Program-made: the position numbers and the translations under genes
Source of the DNA: Gemmatimonadota bacterium
GTDB taxonomy: Bacteria; JBHIER01; G020348925
DNA length: 64,000 nucleotides
Reading direction: 5' to 3'
Assembly: GCA_020348925.1 (NCBI GenBank)
Contig: CP070758.1
Coordinates: forward strand, 4,835,775-4,899,774
The notes under the pieces: generated by a model
What the model was told of the DNA's origin: nothing
Database searches by the model: none
What the model saw: the letters and a program-made list of their open reading frames with translations, nothing else
In this document: in pieces, positions 50,114-63,798 of the stretch
Position numbering within the stretch: position 1 is the stretch's first letter
How the letters are laid out: the number at the start of each line of letters is the position of its first letter

Positions 50114-51274
50114 CTACTTGCCCATTCCCACGCGCTGTGCCTTCTGAAAAACCTTGCCCTCCGTTTGAAAGGCCGGGGCGACAATGATTTTCGTCAACTG
50201 CATCTCTTTGATGTTTTTTGCCCCCACATTGCCCATGGACGTTCGCAGGGCGCCCATGAGATTTTGGGATCCGTCGTCCAGCTCAGCCGGCCCGTAAAGA
50301 ATCTGCTCGAGAGTGCCCATGGTACCGACCTTGATGCGGGTTCCCCGGGGCAGGTTGGCATGCGGTGTGGCCATACCCCAGTGGTAGCCCCTTCCGGGAG
50401 CCTCTTCAGCGCGGGCAAAGGCCGAACCCACCATGACCGCGTCCGCTCCGCAGGCAAAGGCCTTACAAATATCTCCACCGATACTCATACCGCCATCCGT
50501 TATAATAGGAACATAGCGACCACTCTGCGTATAGTAAAAATCCCGGGCGGAGGCGCAATCGACCGTGGCCGTAACCTGAGGTACCCCAATCCCCAAAACA
50601 CCCCGCGTCGTACAGGCCGCCCCCGGGCCGATGCCGACCAACAGGGCATCGATCCCTGTCTCCATGAGCTGCAGTGTCACTTCGTAGGAACACGTATTGC
50701 CGACAATAATCGGTACGGACATCTCTTTGCACAATTTTGTGAAATCAAGGGTCTCGGAGTGTGAAGAGATGTGTTTCACCGTCGTCACCGTCGATTGCAC
50801 CACGAAAAAATCGACACCGGCTTCCTCGGCGATCTTCCCGAAACGTTCGGCTCGTTGTGGAATGGCCGAGACAATAGCCGGAACGCCGGCCGATTTGATC
50901 TCTTCGATGCGAATGGAAATGAGCTCTTCTTTTATCGGCTCCTTGTAAATATCCTGAACGAGATGTGTCGCTTCCTCCGGAGAAGCCTCTGCGATCTTTA
51001 CGAAGATTTCATCCGGATTTTCATAGCGTGCCTGCACACCCTCCAGATTGAGAACGGCCAGACCGCCCATTTTTCCCATAGCTATTGCAAATTTCGTATC
51101 GACGACACCGTCCATGGCCGCAGCAATAATGGGAACATCGATCCGTTTTCCACCCAACTGCCAACCGATGTCCACGTCATCAGGATCAATGGTCACATCT
51201 CCCGGGGCCAAGGCGATTTCATCAAAGCCGTAACAGCGCCGACCCTTTCGGTCGCGTCCGATAAAGAATCCCAT
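50114..51274 (-). CDS. GuaB3-family IMP dehydrogenase-related protein (no CBS domains)
   Basis: 'IGR.RK.RR.YGFDEIALAPG', GIGPGAACTTR, DGGM, GYHWGMAT. Confidence 0.92.
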   Translation of the reverse strand: MGFFIGRDRKGRRCYGFDEIALAPGDVTIDPDDVDIGWQLGGKRIDVPIIAAAMDGVVDTKFAIAMGKMGGLAVLNLEGVQARYENPDEIFVKIAEASPEEATHLVQDIYKEPIKEELISIRIEEIKSAGVPAIVSAIPQRAERFGKIAEEAGVDFFVVQSTVTTVKHISSHSETLDFTKLCKEMSVPIIVGNTCSYEVTLQLMETGIDALLVGIGPGAACTTRGVLGIGVPQVTATVDCASARDFYYTQSGRYVPIITDGGMSIGGDICKAFACGADAVMVGSAFARAEEAPGRGYHWGMATPHANLPRGTRIKVGTMGTLEQILYGPAELDDGSQNLMGALRTSMGNVGAKNIKEMQLTKIIVAPAFQTEGKVFQKAQRVGMGK

Positions 51275-51284
51275 ATGTTTCCTC

Positions 51285-52109
51285 CTAATTGAAAATGAAA
51301 ATTCCTCGGTAGATGACTTGTGCTTCTCCTGTTAATGTACACTGCTCGACATGCCCACCCTGAGGGTTGAAAGAAACCGTCAGCACATCGCCCGTCCTTG
51401 TCAACACCTTCACCTGGGATTCAAACCCATGCACACGGTGGGCGATGAGGGCACTGGCACACACGCCGGTACCGCATGAGTAGGTTTCATTTTCCACACC
51501 CCGCTCATAGGTGCGCACCTTCAACAGACCGGGTTCGAGTATTTGAACGAAGTTCACGTTCGTCCCTTCAGGTCGGAATTGGTCCATCTCCCGAATCGCT
51601 CTTCCACGTCGCACAACATCAACGTCGTCAACCCGATCCACAAAAAGAACGACATGCGGAACGCCCACACGCACAAAAGAGACCGCCGCGGTCTCTCCCG
51701 AAAGATAAAGATCAAGTTTCTCATCGCGCGGATCCGGCATGCTGATGGAGACCGTCCCTCCGTTCACCTGTGCTCTCCGCAATCCTGTGCGCGATTCGAA
51801 GGACAATTCGTCTCCCGAAATCCCGTTGAGGACCGCGTACAGAGCAATACACCGCGCACCGTTTCCCCAGAACTCGGCCTCGCCACCGTCAGCGTTGAAA
51901 TACCGCATCTTGAAATCGGCGCAACCACTCCGCTCCAACAGGAGGAGTCCATCGGCACCGACCGACACACGTCGTGCACAGACCCTTCTCACGAATGACG
52001 AAACATCCCCTGATAGAAGACCCTGCCGATTGTCGATAAGAATGAAATCGTTGCCGGTCCCTACCATTTTTGTGAAGGGAATTTCCCGGAAACTATGGGT
52101 TTGCTCCAT
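51285..52109 (-). CDS. dapF: Diaminopimelate epimerase (first catalytic Cys appears as Trp)
   Basis: FTKM.G.GNDF, VGADGL, NADGGEAEF-W-GNGARC, GVPH, GTNVNF, RTYERGVE.ET.SCGTG. Confidence 0.93.
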   Translation of the reverse strand: MEQTHSFREIPFTKMVGTGNDFILIDNRQGLLSGDVSSFVRRVCARRVSVGADGLLLLERSGCADFKMRYFNADGGEAEFWGNGARCIALYAVLNGISGDELSFESRTGLRRAQVNGGTVSISMPDPRDEKLDLYLSGETAAVSFVRVGVPHVVLFVDRVDDVDVVRRGRAIREMDQFRPEGTNVNFVQILEPGLLKVRTYERGVENETYSCGTGVCASALIAHRVHGFESQVKVLTRTGDVLTVSFNPQGGHVEQCTLTGEAQVIYRGIFIFN

Positions 52110-53817
52110 CCGTATCGCTCCTGTTTCGCTCTCTCAAAACCAGATCAATAGCCTGGGTCTCCCAACGCGACCGGACCTCGATACTGTCCGGATACCAGGC
52201 GAATCGTTCAGCGAAGGCAATGGGAAACGGGCAGCCATGGCTGTACCCGCCATTCCCATCTTCATCGCGGAAAGCCCAGACTCGATACCATCCTGGCATG
52301 AGGTTTCGCAATTCATAGTCATCAGGCTGTGAAAGGACCGTTCGGACCGGAGGCTGCGCGCCGGTCAGGCTCTCGGCGCTGACAAACAGTTGACCCGAGG
52401 CCGAACTGTCCTCGTCGATGAGGGTCCCCGAGATATATCCGAGCGTATCCGGATTGCGCGTCATAAAAGAGAGCTCAGTCCCGGCTCCACGAAGTCTGTT
52501 GCCAGCCCAATCACTGACTTTCGTTGAATCCACTGTCAGAACATATTGAGATCGCCCCCGAAGCGCTTGGTGAGGAATGAACACACAGCTTGCAAGATTC
52601 GGCCACGTGAGAATTCCTGAAATCACTCTCCCGTCAACATTCTTCAGCGTGAAGGCATCAACAAAATCCGTGGTATCCATAGCCTCGCTGAAGGCCCATT
52701 CGATCTCCACCTCAAGGGGTACCCTCAGGGCACTGTCCTGTGGTTCGGTGGCGACAATCCTCGGACCGCTGGTATCAGGCACGGCCGATCCAACGAAAGA
52801 AAGGGTGCACGCCTCGGAGGCGACGTGATTCCCCGCCGCATCCCTCACGCCACAACAATTCACTTCGTACGCTCTCCCCGGATGCTGAACCTCTGTCAAC
52901 ACATGGTACAAAGACCGATCATTCCTGTCGACAGACACAGCCCGAATCTCCACAGGAACATGTCGAGCGGATGAAGTCATGCGAATTGTCCCCATGCTCT
53001 CGGGCTCAAGCGCCTCACTGAATTTGAGATCAACATGCATACGATCGGGCACAACCACTGAGACGAATTCCGGGCGAGTCGTATCCTGCACGGTCAGCAT
53101 ATAGTCCACGTTTTCCACTTCGAGCCGTTCCGGCGAAAGGAGAACATCGCCTGTTGGAACACCCAAGGCATCCTGCTCCACCGTATATTTTCCATCCCCG
53201 TCCGCATCCCTCAATGCAAAGAGTCGATAACGGCCGGGCATTAAATAAGAAAAAGAATAAAAACCGAAAGCAGCTGCCTGGGTAACGTAATCAGGGGGAT
53301 GCCGGGCAGGATCAGGTTCTGCTCTATTTTTCGAGGCATACGCCCACACAAAGACCCCTTCCACATCTTCATCCGGACTGACGATCCGTCCGGAGATTCG
53401 ACCTTTGTCGATCTGTTCACCGGTGGAGAACGCAAAGGTGAAGGAGGACCGCATGCCGTTATTATGCAGATCTTTCGCTCCGGTACCGACCGTAATAACA
53501 TAGGTTTGATTCAAATCCAATCCGTCCACAAAATCGATCTCAATCTTCTTCCCCTTGAGCTTGATCTTCGGAGGGGATTTTGGAATCGGCGAGATGAAGA
53601 TCGACTCCTTCAGCGATTTGTTCTCCATCCATTCGTTGAAATTCACCGTCACAACCGTCCTGACATCAATACCAGTGGCTCCCGGTGGTGGAGAGGTTGC
53701 TATGACCTCAGGTGGTATCTTATCCACCGGACCTCCGGGAGGTAATCCCTGTTTGGCACACGAAAAGAGGGTCATGAGAGCCATGCTCATTACGGAAGCA
53801 AAGCGCGCGTGAAACAT
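52093..53817 (-). CDS. Lipoprotein with Big_5 Ig-like domains
   Basis: 'LFSCAKQGLPPGGPVDKIPP', 'FAFSTGEQID.G.ISG', repeated P.V..T.P Ig starts. Confidence 0.85.
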   Translation of the reverse strand: MFHARFASVMSMALMTLFSCAKQGLPPGGPVDKIPPEVIATSPPPGATGIDVRTVVTVNFNEWMENKSLKESIFISPIPKSPPKIKLKGKKIEIDFVDGLDLNQTYVITVGTGAKDLHNNGMRSSFTFAFSTGEQIDKGRISGRIVSPDEDVEGVFVWAYASKNRAEPDPARHPPDYVTQAAAFGFYSFSYLMPGRYRLFALRDADGDGKYTVEQDALGVPTGDVLLSPERLEVENVDYMLTVQDTTRPEFVSVVVPDRMHVDLKFSEALEPESMGTIRMTSSARHVPVEIRAVSVDRNDRSLYHVLTEVQHPGRAYEVNCCGVRDAAGNHVASEACTLSFVGSAVPDTSGPRIVATEPQDSALRVPLEVEIEWAFSEAMDTTDFVDAFTLKNVDGRVISGILTWPNLASCVFIPHQALRGRSQYVLTVDSTKVSDWAGNRLRGAGTELSFMTRNPDTLGYISGTLIDEDSSASGQLFVSAESLTGAQPPVRTVLSQPDDYELRNLMPGWYRVWAFRDEDGNGGYSHGCPFPIAFAERFAWYPDSIEVRSRWETQAIDLVLRERNRSDTDGANP

Positions 53818-53902
53818 GTGGAACGATAGAAGCGATATGTTAATCCACCTCGTATTTCATATCCGTTTCCGGATCTCTCTTTTCAACGCTCACACACAAT
53901 GG

Positions 53903-54940
53903 CTATGACTGCACGTGGATTTCTTCAATCATCCTCGGATCACATCTGCCCAGGCGATGCTGCGCATCGGCGGCCGTGGCGATATATTCCGGCTCCCGCC
54001 CTGCCTCGGCCAGGGACAGCAACCCCTTCTCGCGACGTTTCCTCTCAAGAATCCCATACCCCACCTGATCCAAGGCCACAGGGTCCGTCCCCACCAGAAT
54101 ACCGTTGAAGGGCCACGCCCACTGGGGCATGTAGGGTGGGCCCCCCTCATACTGGGCCGTCAAAGCATCGCAGATGATCAATCGGCTCTTGTCAGTGATG
54201 GCCTTCGCAGCGCAGAGATCGGCGACATAGGGATTGCACCCATCCAGATGATATTTGTTCGGGTTGTCAATGGCTCCGAAGAGGTTTTTCAGACTGACGG
54301 AGACGCCGGCGATGCTGTGATCCTTGAGCACGGGCACGTTGATCATGGCCGTACACTGCCGCGTCAAAATCCGAGAGAGGCGGCTGCCCACGGATCCAAT
54401 AATCGTCAACTGCCTCTCATAGTCGGCCCCCGGAGCGTCGGTGCCGTAACACCGGACGCCGTTCCCATTCATATTGATCTGAAATCCAGCCCGTTTCAAA
54501 TCCTCGGTGAGCCGGTCCCAAATGATGATGTTTTTCTCCTTGATACCCGCCGAGGTCAGTCCGGCGACGATCCCTTCGACCAATTCGGGGTGTGTGGACA
54601 ATCCCTTCCCGGCCAAGCAGTTGACCTTGATCCCCACAACATCCTTGGGAGTACAAAAATGGCCCCAGGCCATCCTGGCGGAACCGGCGCCCGTCAACCT
54701 CCCCAGGGCGACATCGAGCATGTGACGAAGGACGTCCTTATCAATCTCTCCATTTTTCCCTCGCACCCGATCGTTTTGAAGAATGACTACTCTCGATTTC
54801 GGCTCCGATGCGGCCCTGAGGCTCAATGAAGCTCTTGATAAAAAATTACTTACACCACCTGCAGAGCCGAAGCCCAACAACCCCCCTCCCATGTACGCCG
54901 ACTGTTTTAGAAAATCTCTCCTTCTGTCATCAAAATCCAT
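53903..54940 (-). CDS. DUF362 domain protein with Tat signal
   Basis: 'RRRDFLK' twin-arginine motif; 'VGIKVN', 'INVPVLKDH..AGVSVSLKNLFG', 'DPVALD'. Confidence 0.88.
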   Translation of the reverse strand: MDFDDRRRDFLKQSAYMGGGLLGFGSAGGVSNFLSRASLSLRAASEPKSRVVILQNDRVRGKNGEIDKDVLRHMLDVALGRLTGAGSARMAWGHFCTPKDVVGIKVNCLAGKGLSTHPELVEGIVAGLTSAGIKEKNIIIWDRLTEDLKRAGFQINMNGNGVRCYGTDAPGADYERQLTIIGSVGSRLSRILTRQCTAMINVPVLKDHSIAGVSVSLKNLFGAIDNPNKYHLDGCNPYVADLCAAKAITDKSRLIICDALTAQYEGGPPYMPQWAWPFNGILVGTDPVALDQVGYGILERKRREKGLLSLAEAGREPEYIATAADAQHRLGRCDPRMIEEIHVQS

Positions 54941-55096
54941 GCACAATCTTTCTGCGTAGAATGGAGTTCCAATCACCGACCGTCATTGATTCAGGTTCGT
55001 TAATTATAGTCGATTTTACCTGACATGTCAATAGGAAACTCATGTCACTTCGAAAAATCCGCGGCCCCCCTTGCAGGCGCTATTTTGAAAAATGAA

Positions 55097-55125
55097 TTGA
55101 CAAAAAGCTTCGCGCGGGTTATTAT
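55097..55125 (+). promoter_or_regulatory. Sigma70-type promoter for the trehalose operon
   Basis: TTGACA (55097) - 17 nt - TATTAT (55120). Confidence 0.65.
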
Positions 55126-55242
55126 TATATAAAATAACTATTTCCGAGATGTGCGGGACGACGGACTTGAGTCCACGTCTCTTCTACCCCGGGGGGTTCA
55201 CTCCCTCCCAATCAGTGACCGCACAGAGGAGGTGGGCGCATT

Positions 55243-57438
55243 GTGCAACGCATACTGATCGTTTCAAATACATTACCGGTTCGTATCGTAAGAAGAAAGG
55301 GGCTGCTCCAGGTGCACCCCAGTCCCGGCGGATTGGCCACAGGCTTGAGCTCCTTTTCCGACTCCACGAAAAATGTGTGGATCGGCTGGCCCGGACTCTC
55401 ACCGGCCAATGCAAAGGAGAAGAAGCAGATAGAAGAACAGCTGCAGTCCCAAAAGATCTATCCGGTCTATCTTCAACAGAGCGATATCGAGAAGTATTAC
55501 GAAGGATTCTGCAACAAGATGATCTGGCCCCTCTTCCATTACTTCACCCAGTACGCCGTTTACGATCAAGCGCAATGGGAATCCTACAAAAAGGTGAACA
55601 ACCTTTTCTGCGAAGCAGTGCTCCGTGTTGCGGAACCCGAGGACACCATCTGGGTCCACGATTACCATCTCATGCTTCTTCCACGACGCATTCGGGAAAA
55701 ACTGCCCCAGGCGACGATTGGCTTCTTTCTCCATATCCCTTTCCCGTCCTTCGAGATATTCCGTCTCATACCCTGGCGAACCGAGATCATGCAGGGACTC
55801 TTGGGTGCGAACCTCGTCGGCTTCCACACCTTTGACTATGTCAGACACTTTCTCAGTTCGGCCACCCGTCTGCTGGGGCTCGAACACACCTGGGGCACAC
55901 TGACTCAGGGAGATCGGATGATCAAGGTGGACTCCTTCCCTCTGGGCATAGATTACGAAAAATACGCCACCGCCTCCTCAGAACCCAGCGTGAAGAAAGA
56001 GATCTCGAAATATCTGAAGAAGATGGGTGACCGCAAGATTGTCATATCCATTGATCGATTGGATTACACCAAAGGTATTCTTCAGCGTTTGGAAGCCTTT
56101 CATCTCTTCCTGGAAAAGTACCCTGAATACCATGAGAAGGTGACCCTCATTCTGGTAGCCGTCCCCTCCCGCTCAAAAGTGGAAACCTACCGGCAGTTGA
56201 AACATCAGGTCGACGAGCTGGTGGGCCGGATCAACGGCGAACACGGGACCATCGGCTGGATGCCTGTGTGGTACCTGTACCGGTCTTTTCCCTTCACCGG
56301 TCTGTCGGCTCTCTACAGTCTCGCGGACGTGGCCCTGGTCACCCCCTTCCGGGACGGGATGAACCTCATCGCCAAGGAGTTCATCGCCAACAAGGAGGAC
56401 GGGAGCGGTGTGCTCATTTTAAGCGAGATGGCCGGAGCGGCCCATGAGCTGGGAGAGGCCATCATCATCAATCCCAACAACGCCGAGGAGATCGCCAACG
56501 CCATCCACGACGCCTTGATCATGCCGGAGGATGAACAGATCAGACGCAATAGGGAGATGCAGAAGAAGTTGAAAAGGTATGACGTGACCCGCTGGGCCGA
56601 GGATTTCATGGATAAGCTCATGCAGGCTAAAGAATTACAGGGCAAGAGGTTGACCAAACATGTGGACCGTCAAACGCGCCGGATTATCGTCAATGACGCG
56701 ACGACAGCCCGAAGACGCCTCATCTTCCTGGATTACGACGGAACCCTCATCTCGTTTGCCGGGACGCCTCAGCTGGCCGCGCCTGATGATGGACTCATAA
56801 AACTCTTGGAGACACTTGCAGGGGCTCGAGGAAATACTGTCGTCCTCATCAGTGGCCGGGATAAAGGGACCATCGATTCCTGGTTCGGCTCCTTGGACAT
56901 CGGCCTCGTGGCCGAGCACGGCGCCTGGCTTCGGGAACGGGGTCAGCCTTGGGAGACCATCGAGCCTTTATCCCAGGAGTGGAAAGAGGAGATCCGACCG
57001 ATCCTCGAATCGTATGTGGACAGGACGCCGGGCTCCTTTATCGAGACGAAAGAGTTCTCCCTCGTCTGGCACTACCGACAGGCCAGCCCGGACCTTGCGG
57101 AACTTCGTTCCCGGGATCTCGTTGAAAATCTTGTCTACCTTACGGCGAATTTGGATCTTCAAGTCCTGGAGGGAAGTAAGATCATTGAGGTCAAGAGCGC
57201 CGGTGTGCACAAAGGACGGGCGGCGCAGCGATGGCTCCGGAAAGAGAAGTGGGATTTCATCATGGCCATCGGTGACGATTGGACGGACGAGGATCTCTTT
57301 AAGGCACTGCCTGAATCGGCGTATTCAATTAAAGTCGGCTTCGCTTCATCTGTCGCGAGACACAACCTGAAATCTCCCCACGAGGTCAGAGAACTGCTCC
57401 GGGAACTGATTGGAAGGAGAGACTCTGGGATGAACTGA
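55243..57438 (+). CDS. Bifunctional trehalose-6-phosphate synthase/phosphatase (OtsA-OtsB fusion)
   Basis: [46 protein letters not shown] 'FLDYDGTL', 'GDDWTDED'. Confidence 0.96.
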   Translation: MQRILIVSNTLPVRIVRRKGLLQVHPSPGGLATGLSSFSDSTKNVWIGWPGLSPANAKEKKQIEEQLQSQKIYPVYLQQSDIEKYYEGFCNKMIWPLFHYFTQYAVYDQAQWESYKKVNNLFCEAVLRVAEPEDTIWVHDYHLMLLPRRIREKLPQATIGFFLHIPFPSFEIFRLIPWRTEIMQGLLGANLVGFHTFDYVRHFLSSATRLLGLEHTWGTLTQGDRMIKVDSFPLGIDYEKYATASSEPSVKKEISKYLKKMGDRKIVISIDRLDYTKGILQRLEAFHLFLEKYPEYHEKVTLILVAVPSRSKVETYRQLKHQVDELVGRINGEHGTIGWMPVWYLYRSFPFTGLSALYSLADVALVTPFRDGMNLIAKEFIANKEDGSGVLILSEMAGAAHELGEAIIINPNNAEEIANAIHDALIMPEDEQIRRNREMQKKLKRYDVTRWAEDFMDKLMQAKELQGKRLTKHVDRQTRRIIVNDATTARRRLIFLDYDGTLISFAGTPQLAAPDDGLIKLLETLAGARGNTVVLISGRDKGTIDSWFGSLDIGLVAEHGAWLRERGQPWETIEPLSQEWKEEIRPILESYVDRTPGSFIETKEFSLVWHYRQASPDLAELRSRDLVENLVYLTANLDLQVLEGSKIIEVKSAGVHKGRAAQRWLRKEKWDFIMAIGDDWTDEDLFKALPESAYSIKVGFASSVARHNLKSPHEVRELLRELIGRRDSGMN

Positions 57439-57502
57439 GAAAGACACCGCGAAATTATCGCAGACAGAGAACTGTTGCCTGAACTGATAGGAAGGAGAAA
57501 CC

Positions 57503-58711
57503 ATGAGGCTGTTGAATGACTACCGAAGGATCGTCAGTGATGAGGTTATCAGCGATATTTACAAGAAAGCGAGGAAGCTCTATGGCAAACGCATCATTCA
57601 CATTAACTCAACATACATGGGGGGTGGTGTCGCAGAAATCCTGAGCGGTTTTGTTCCCCTGATGAACGATGCCGGGGTCGATATGGGGTGGCGCATTCTC
57701 CACGGCAACCCCGATTTTTTCAACATCACCAAGAAATTTCACAACGCCCTTCAGGGCGACGCCATTAACCTCACGGAAATTAAAAAGCGGCTCTATGTTG
57801 AAGCCAACGAATATTTCTCGACGTACACCCATATCACCCACGACTGCGTCATTATCCACGACCCCCAGCCCCTCCCCCTCATCCAGTTCTACAAAAAGAG
57901 GCAGCCCTGGGTCTGGCGCTGTCACGTCGACCTCTCCCATCCGGATAACGGTCTCTGGAATTTCCTGAAGGGATTCATTCTGCGCTATGACATTGCCATT
58001 ATTTCGAATAAAAAATACAAAAAAATCGATTTGCCCATCGAACAGAGGATCATTTTCCCCGTGATCAATCCACTCTCTCCCAAAAACATGGATCTGAATG
58101 AAAAGGATATCTCTAAATACCTGAAAAAGTTCAAAGTACCGACGGACAAACCGCTCCTCACCCAGATATCGCGCTTCGACAAATGGAAAGACCCCATAGG
58201 TGTCATAGAGGTGTTCAAGCTCGTCAGGAAAGAGGTCGACTGCCGGCTCGTGCTGTGCGGCAGCATGGCGGCCGATGATCCAGAGGGGATTCGGATTCAC
58301 GAACGGGTGGTCCAAAGGGCGAACAACCTCATAGAGAACGGAGATGTGATTCTCATCACCTCAGAAAACAGCATTCTCGTCAATGCCTTGCAAAGGAGCT
58401 CGGCCGTCATTATTCAGAAATCGCTCCGGGAGGGTTTTGGTCTCACGGTGACCGAGGCGCTCTGGAAAGAGCGGCCCGTGGTCGCCTCGAATGTCGGTGG
58501 CATTTCCCTTCAGATCAAGGACGGCCAGGGTGGTTTCCTTGTGGACCCTGCAGATACCAAGGGATTCGCCGATCGAATCATAGAACTCATGCGAAATCCG
58601 GACCTGGGAAAAGATATGGGCAAACAGGGCCGTGAAACTGTCAGGAACAACTTCCTCATCACCCGCCTCGTCTCGGACTATTTGGATCTGTTGAATGACA
58701 TCCTGAAATAG
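57503..58711 (+). CDS. treT: Trehalose glycosyltransferring synthase (GT4)
   Basis: 'HINST..GGGVAEIL', 'FFNITKKFHNALQG', 'IHDPQP', 'WRCHVD', 'SRFDKWKDP', 'EGFGLTVTEALWK'. Confidence 0.9.
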   Translation: MRLLNDYRRIVSDEVISDIYKKARKLYGKRIIHINSTYMGGGVAEILSGFVPLMNDAGVDMGWRILHGNPDFFNITKKFHNALQGDAINLTEIKKRLYVEANEYFSTYTHITHDCVIIHDPQPLPLIQFYKKRQPWVWRCHVDLSHPDNGLWNFLKGFILRYDIAIISNKKYKKIDLPIEQRIIFPVINPLSPKNMDLNEKDISKYLKKFKVPTDKPLLTQISRFDKWKDPIGVIEVFKLVRKEVDCRLVLCGSMAADDPEGIRIHERVVQRANNLIENGDVILITSENSILVNALQRSSAVIIQKSLREGFGLTVTEALWKERPVVASNVGGISLQIKDGQGGFLVDPADTKGFADRIIELMRNPDLGKDMGKQGRETVRNNFLITRLVSDYLDLLNDILK

Positions 58712-58808
58712 AGGTAGAAAAAGACACGGGTGGAGCCACAGGTAAGAAAGTCACACCTTTTGGGGATCCTTGTCCTCTTGGGAGCAAGCTTCACAAGGTA
58801 TCATCCCG

Positions 58809-61463
<2,655 letters not shown>

Positions 61464-61563
61464 NNNNNNNNNNNNNNNNNNNNNNNNNNNNNNNNNNNNN
61501 NNNNNNNNNNNNNNNNNNNNNNNNNNNNNNNNNNNNNNNNNNNNNNNNNNNNNNNNNNNNNNN
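61464..61563. other. Assembly gap / contig spacer (100 N)
   Basis: Run of 100 n. Confidence 0.99.
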
Positions 61564-62731
61564 GATTACCGGGGTCACCTCGGTTATCGAACGCAATTTT
61601 TTGGAGTGTTTCATCGAATAAAAGCGAATAGCCTGCATCCGCCACTCGCATGTCCCCACCGTAATTCACTCTAAAATCAACAATGAAACCGGTGGTTTCA
61701 TAGTGAAACATAATATCATAAACAGCATCATAAAATTGTGCGCTGACATCAGAATCCGGGAACCAACTCCATACATAAATATAACCGATTGTTGTACCTT
61801 CAACAATTCCCCAGCTTACAAAATCACTATTGTATACGTCGGGAAAATCAACCCCAGGTACGGGCAGTTGTTCATTTCCCCAAATGTCGCCACTTTGATC
61901 AAGTAATAAGGCGGTTGGCACATGGATCGTATCTCCTGAATCATACTTTACAATGTCAATTGTATCAAACAGGTGCCAGTTTAAGCCGGCGCTTTGCAAT
62001 AATATATGTATTGCAGATTCATCATTGCTGCCCATTTGTGTGTTCCTTAACGGTAATTGCGCATCCAACAATTGTTTGTACAGTCGTTTCCAGGGTACAC
62101 CATCATAACCTAAAACAACATCACCTGGTTGCAGCCCCAATGTATGGTTTGGAAGTGCTTTGTAAACCAATAGCGTGCTATCCGGCAACGGTGTCAAACC
62201 CGCACCAAAGCGGCTTATATCTACGCAAGCACCAGTTACAAAAAGAGGTATCCCTGGTTGAATATCTGTAAATGCGTTTACCGGCATACAATCAATAAGT
62301 GTGTGCGCATCCTTGAGAGCAAACGCCAGGTGATTCAATATTGCCGCAAATCTTCCCCTGCTGACACCTGCTTCTATCTCCGGTCGATATACATCTCTCA
62401 GTGAATCTATGTTAATAGACATATTCATGAATGCCCCATACCTTTGATCAATGTCGTTCCAGGCTTGATCAAAAATAGCCAAATTCTCGGCAGTCGATAA
62501 TCCTTCGCCCCATGTCGAGTCAATGATCTCTTTCCAGTCTGTCTGTGTAAAAAGTGCCGGTGGAATTTTTTCCAAATTTTTTGGTTTATGTATCTTGTAT
62601 TCAGGAGATGTGGTTTTTTGTTCCACAGGGTAATTGTTTTCCGATAAAGGTGAGATCTGTGCGGGGGGTAGTTGGATCATGATAGAAATAAATAACCAGC
62701 ACATGAATACAATTCTTAATTTAGGAATCAT
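61564..62731 (-). CDS. S41-family (C-terminal processing-like) peptidase, secreted; 3' truncated by gap
   Basis: Signal peptide; 'FDQAW', 'LKDAHT', PDZ-like 'GLQPGDVVLGYDG', 'IGYIYV', 'IVDFRVNYGG'. Confidence 0.8.
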
Positions 62732-62766
62732 TACTGTACTCCCTTCATATTGATACTATAAAAAAG

Positions 62767-62833
62767 TTATAACGACATGATCGGTAGCCGACGGGCGCTT
62801 TATCCGCCGGTCTGCTGCATCAGCTTGTTTGGC
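62767..62833 (-). mobile_element. Integron attC-like recombination site
   Basis: Minus strand GCCAAAC-AAGCTGATGCAGCAGACCGGCG-GATAAAG-CGCCCGTCGGCTACCGATCATGTC-GTTATAA: AAC/GTT boxes enclosing an imperfect palindrome, 35 nt before the S41 start. Confidence 0.55.
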
Positions 62834-63102
62834 TATAGTATTGTCTTTACTATTGTTTTATAGATTATGCGAAAAACCATTCAAAATGCCTTTTAGAAAT
62901 TTTTTTTAGTATTCCACTGGAACATTATGTGTGAGGAATGTTTATTTTATTTTTTTGATTACCACAAAAGCACAGCTCCTAAGCTATGCTCAACCGCATT
63001 GCTTTAAAAGTATCGCAGGAAAAGATTCACCTATTCCAAGGCACCTTTAGACACTTCAAAATTATCAGATGTTTCAAATAAGTCATCTACTGGGGAATTT
63101 AC

Positions 63103-63710
63103 TTATTGGACTATTTTATTTGCGTAAGCGGTTTGATTTCCATCGAAAGGAGTATCAAGGAAAGAAAACAGATCAAGAAGAAACAGGTTCAGACATGCGT
63201 ATCCCACGATTCCAAAGGGAAAGTGAAGAGTTGGCAATGTCATACAGTTTCTGCTTTCGGGATATCCCGGCAGACAGCAGGAACACCAGATGTTGGAGAA
63301 CTCCTGTTTGAATGGAAACGAAGACGGGAGATGGATCTTCACCTTGGTGCGAAGCTCCAGGACTCTGGCACCAATTTTGAGCAGCTTCACATGGATCGTG
63401 TCAAACTTGCTTTGGCAAACTGGGTCTTCTTCAAGTGGACCTGTCTGAGGGTATGCATCAGCATATAGGCCATACTATACAATAAGAGCCTGAACCGGTT
63501 GGCTTCAAATCGACAGCACAAGGTCCGATCAGAACGGAGATGATTTTTATGTTCCTTGATCATCAGTTCCATCGTCCCTCGTCCACAGTATGCTGTCTGA
63601 TAGATGAAGCGTCATTCAGATAGGTCACGATAAACCGAACAGTGGCTCCTTGAGCCGTATGTTCGGCCTTGTAGACAACTCGTTGAGCTGTATTCCATGT
63701 ACTGGCATTT
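63103..63710 (-). pseudogene. IS1380-family transposase remnant (frameshifted C-terminal part)
   Basis: 'RVVYKAEH..G..VRFIVT', 'YCGRGTMELMIKEHKNHL.SDRT.C.RFEAN.FRLLL', 'KLLKIGARV.E.RTKVKIHLPSSFP' split across frames; boundaries approximate. Confidence 0.8.
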
Positions 63711-63798
63711 TTTGAGTCTGACCCCAAATTTTACCCGTTTGAATCATACTCCTCTTTATAAAAATCAGCGTCTGGTTATTTCTGTTCAATGCTCTTAA

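Noticed and set aside
53915-54829. Long antisense ORFs (e.g. 53915-54829, 23816-24610, 34427-35470, 57608-58315)
   Set aside because: Shadow frames opposite well-supported genes, with no recognisable motifs
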